A DNA stretch of 64,000 bases from Antedon mediterranea (lineage: Eukaryota > Animalia > Echinodermata). Shown here one piece after another: positions 62,211 through 64,000 of the stretch. The stretch lies in NCBI RefSeq assembly GCF_964355755.1, contig NC_092670.1:40474388-40538387 (forward strand). The letters are read 5' to 3'. A model generated the notes under the pieces. It was not told the DNA's origin. It worked only from the letters and a program-made list of their open reading frames with translations, and ran no database searches. Every line of letters begins with the position of its first letter. The stretch's first letter is position 1. A program made the translations under genes and the position numbers.

Positions 62211-64000
62211 GCATCGTCTATTATGTATTATAATTTGCAGAAAAGTCCAGTTTGTCATTCTTGTATCATGGAGGAATTATTTAGAATAATAATAATAATT
62301 ATTAAATAGTTTCTCCGTACTTTTGTTTTAATGATACTTTCCCCCACCTTCATACTGTAGGTAATTTATTCGTAAATGGTTAAGGTTAATATAAACTGTA
62401 CAGTTCTGACTGGTATAATCCCATCTAAGCCAGATAGTTGAAAAAAACTTTTTTTTTTTTGCTAAAGTGCCCTTTTAAAACTAGCTGTGAAAATAATGGT
62501 AAATAGGAATAGCTCATGACGATTTTTTCCCCCTTTGTGGAAAAAAGAACCAGTCTGTAAAAATCCTGGCAACAGGCTTGCCACCACATATTGGACCAAA
62601 TTGATTTTAGTTGGTCAACCTTTATTAGGAAAGGTTGTGTCCCAGGGTGGGTTTACCCCTGACTTCTAATCAAGCCGGTATCATTTTCTGACAATTTTTA
62701 TTTTCTGTTTTGGGAAACTTTTTTAAGTTATTCAAATTTAAGATAAATAATTCTGCTGAGCTGAAGCCTTTTATAAAAATATTTATTTTTGGTTAAAAAT
62801 AATGTTAAAAGGGGGTTTTTATACCTAAAATTGTTAATATTAAAACATGTTGGTGCAATACACATTTGCGTTGAGCTGTCTGTATTGATTGAACGACAAA
62901 CCACCTTTTAAAAAAAAACTAACATAAAAAAACACTTTTAAAAGAAAAAGTAATATTTATACAAATAAATAATTGAAGAAACTATTTTTGATAGTTTGGT
63001 AAAAGTATTTTCTTTCAAAATAAACTGGTTTTTATGTTAATAAGATAACTTAGATTATCTCAAGCAATTTTAAAGTTAATTTAAAAAAAAAAATATCATT
63101 TAATATATTTCAATTTCAATAAAAATACAATTTCTCAATATAAGAAATAAGAGTAAATAAAATAGAATCAGTTTGTTGCTTCTCTTCCCACAATGCCTAA
63201 GGAGCTGTCACCTATCTTGCGTATTCTCATACGTTTCTGAGCATATGTAGAATATGTTTTGATCTGCGTAGTATAGTGGCGCATCAAAGGGTCGCGATTG
63301 TGTTCAACAGGCCATCTACCTGGTCTTTAATTGGATGTTTAGTAAATTAATAAAGTCTTTGAGGAGCATGTATTAAAGTTTTATTTAGGATAAAAATGAA
63401 TTTGAAGTTTTAAAAAATATTCTCTTCTACCTCAGAAAACTTTGGCATCAATGCATTGCTGAACAGAGTTGTTCATTTAAACAAGAGATAATGATACTGT
63501 AATAGCAATTGATATGTTTACAATTACATGTACCCTAAAAACCTACCTACTACAACAAGAACAAGTGTAGTCATGGCAACTATAGCATGCATTGGATGCC
63601 TAGCAACTATACATACTATTCTCTACCTCTCCTTCATTTGCATGTAATGAGAAAAGTGTTTTAATTGACGGAGTTGGTAATAAAAAGCTGAAATCATGCT
63701 TAAATTTAGCGCACAAATTTCTTTTTACATTCAACGTCTATCCTGACAGATGTTCATATGGCCATATATGGGCAAATTGATTTGATTGGTTAATTAATAA
63801 ATTTACAGTCTTACTTAAAAATGCTTTAGAGCAATGCAGTTTATTAGTCTCCCACATCCAGACCTCTAACATCATTAGTCTGCCACATCCAGACCCTCAA
63901 CTAATACACTCTGGTCAAACAATATCCATTGACTAATTAGCTTATAAAACTTGATTAAGAACATTTTTATGAGGATTTTACCATTCGAAAATAGGAATGG

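Overview
AT-rich, intron-rich animal genomic DNA with GT-AG introns; the gene repertoire suggests an invertebrate deuterostome, possibly an echinoderm (inference). Gene models were spliced by hand with reading-frame phase checked at every junction. In order: (0) the last two exons of an upstream gene ending ...FEGIGDDDL*; (1) a ~1130-aa acidic, disordered protein with an 84-bp (4x7-aa) higher-order repeat and a C-terminal CaaX box (CAIL*) visible only after splicing; (2) a ~250-aa N-myristoylation-motif protein whose C-terminus resembles vertebrate cystin (CYS1); (3) a 15-exon GGT7-like gamma-glutamyltransferase on the minus strand with an 18-nt microexon; (4) head-to-head with it, a 19-exon UBF/UBTF with six HMG boxes, preceded by a 28-codon uORF; (5) a single-coding-exon two-Ig-like-domain, probably GPI-anchored protein; (6) a ZNF395/ZNF704/SLC2A4RG-family C2H2 + C-clamp factor with a truncated Rex1/Babar-like LINE in its last intron. 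Two families of PIF/Harbinger-like MITEs, a 56-bp nested mini-transposon and many minisatellites fill the introns. There is no CRISPR array, rRNA or intact tRNA. All homology calls come from recalled sequence motifs, not from searches.
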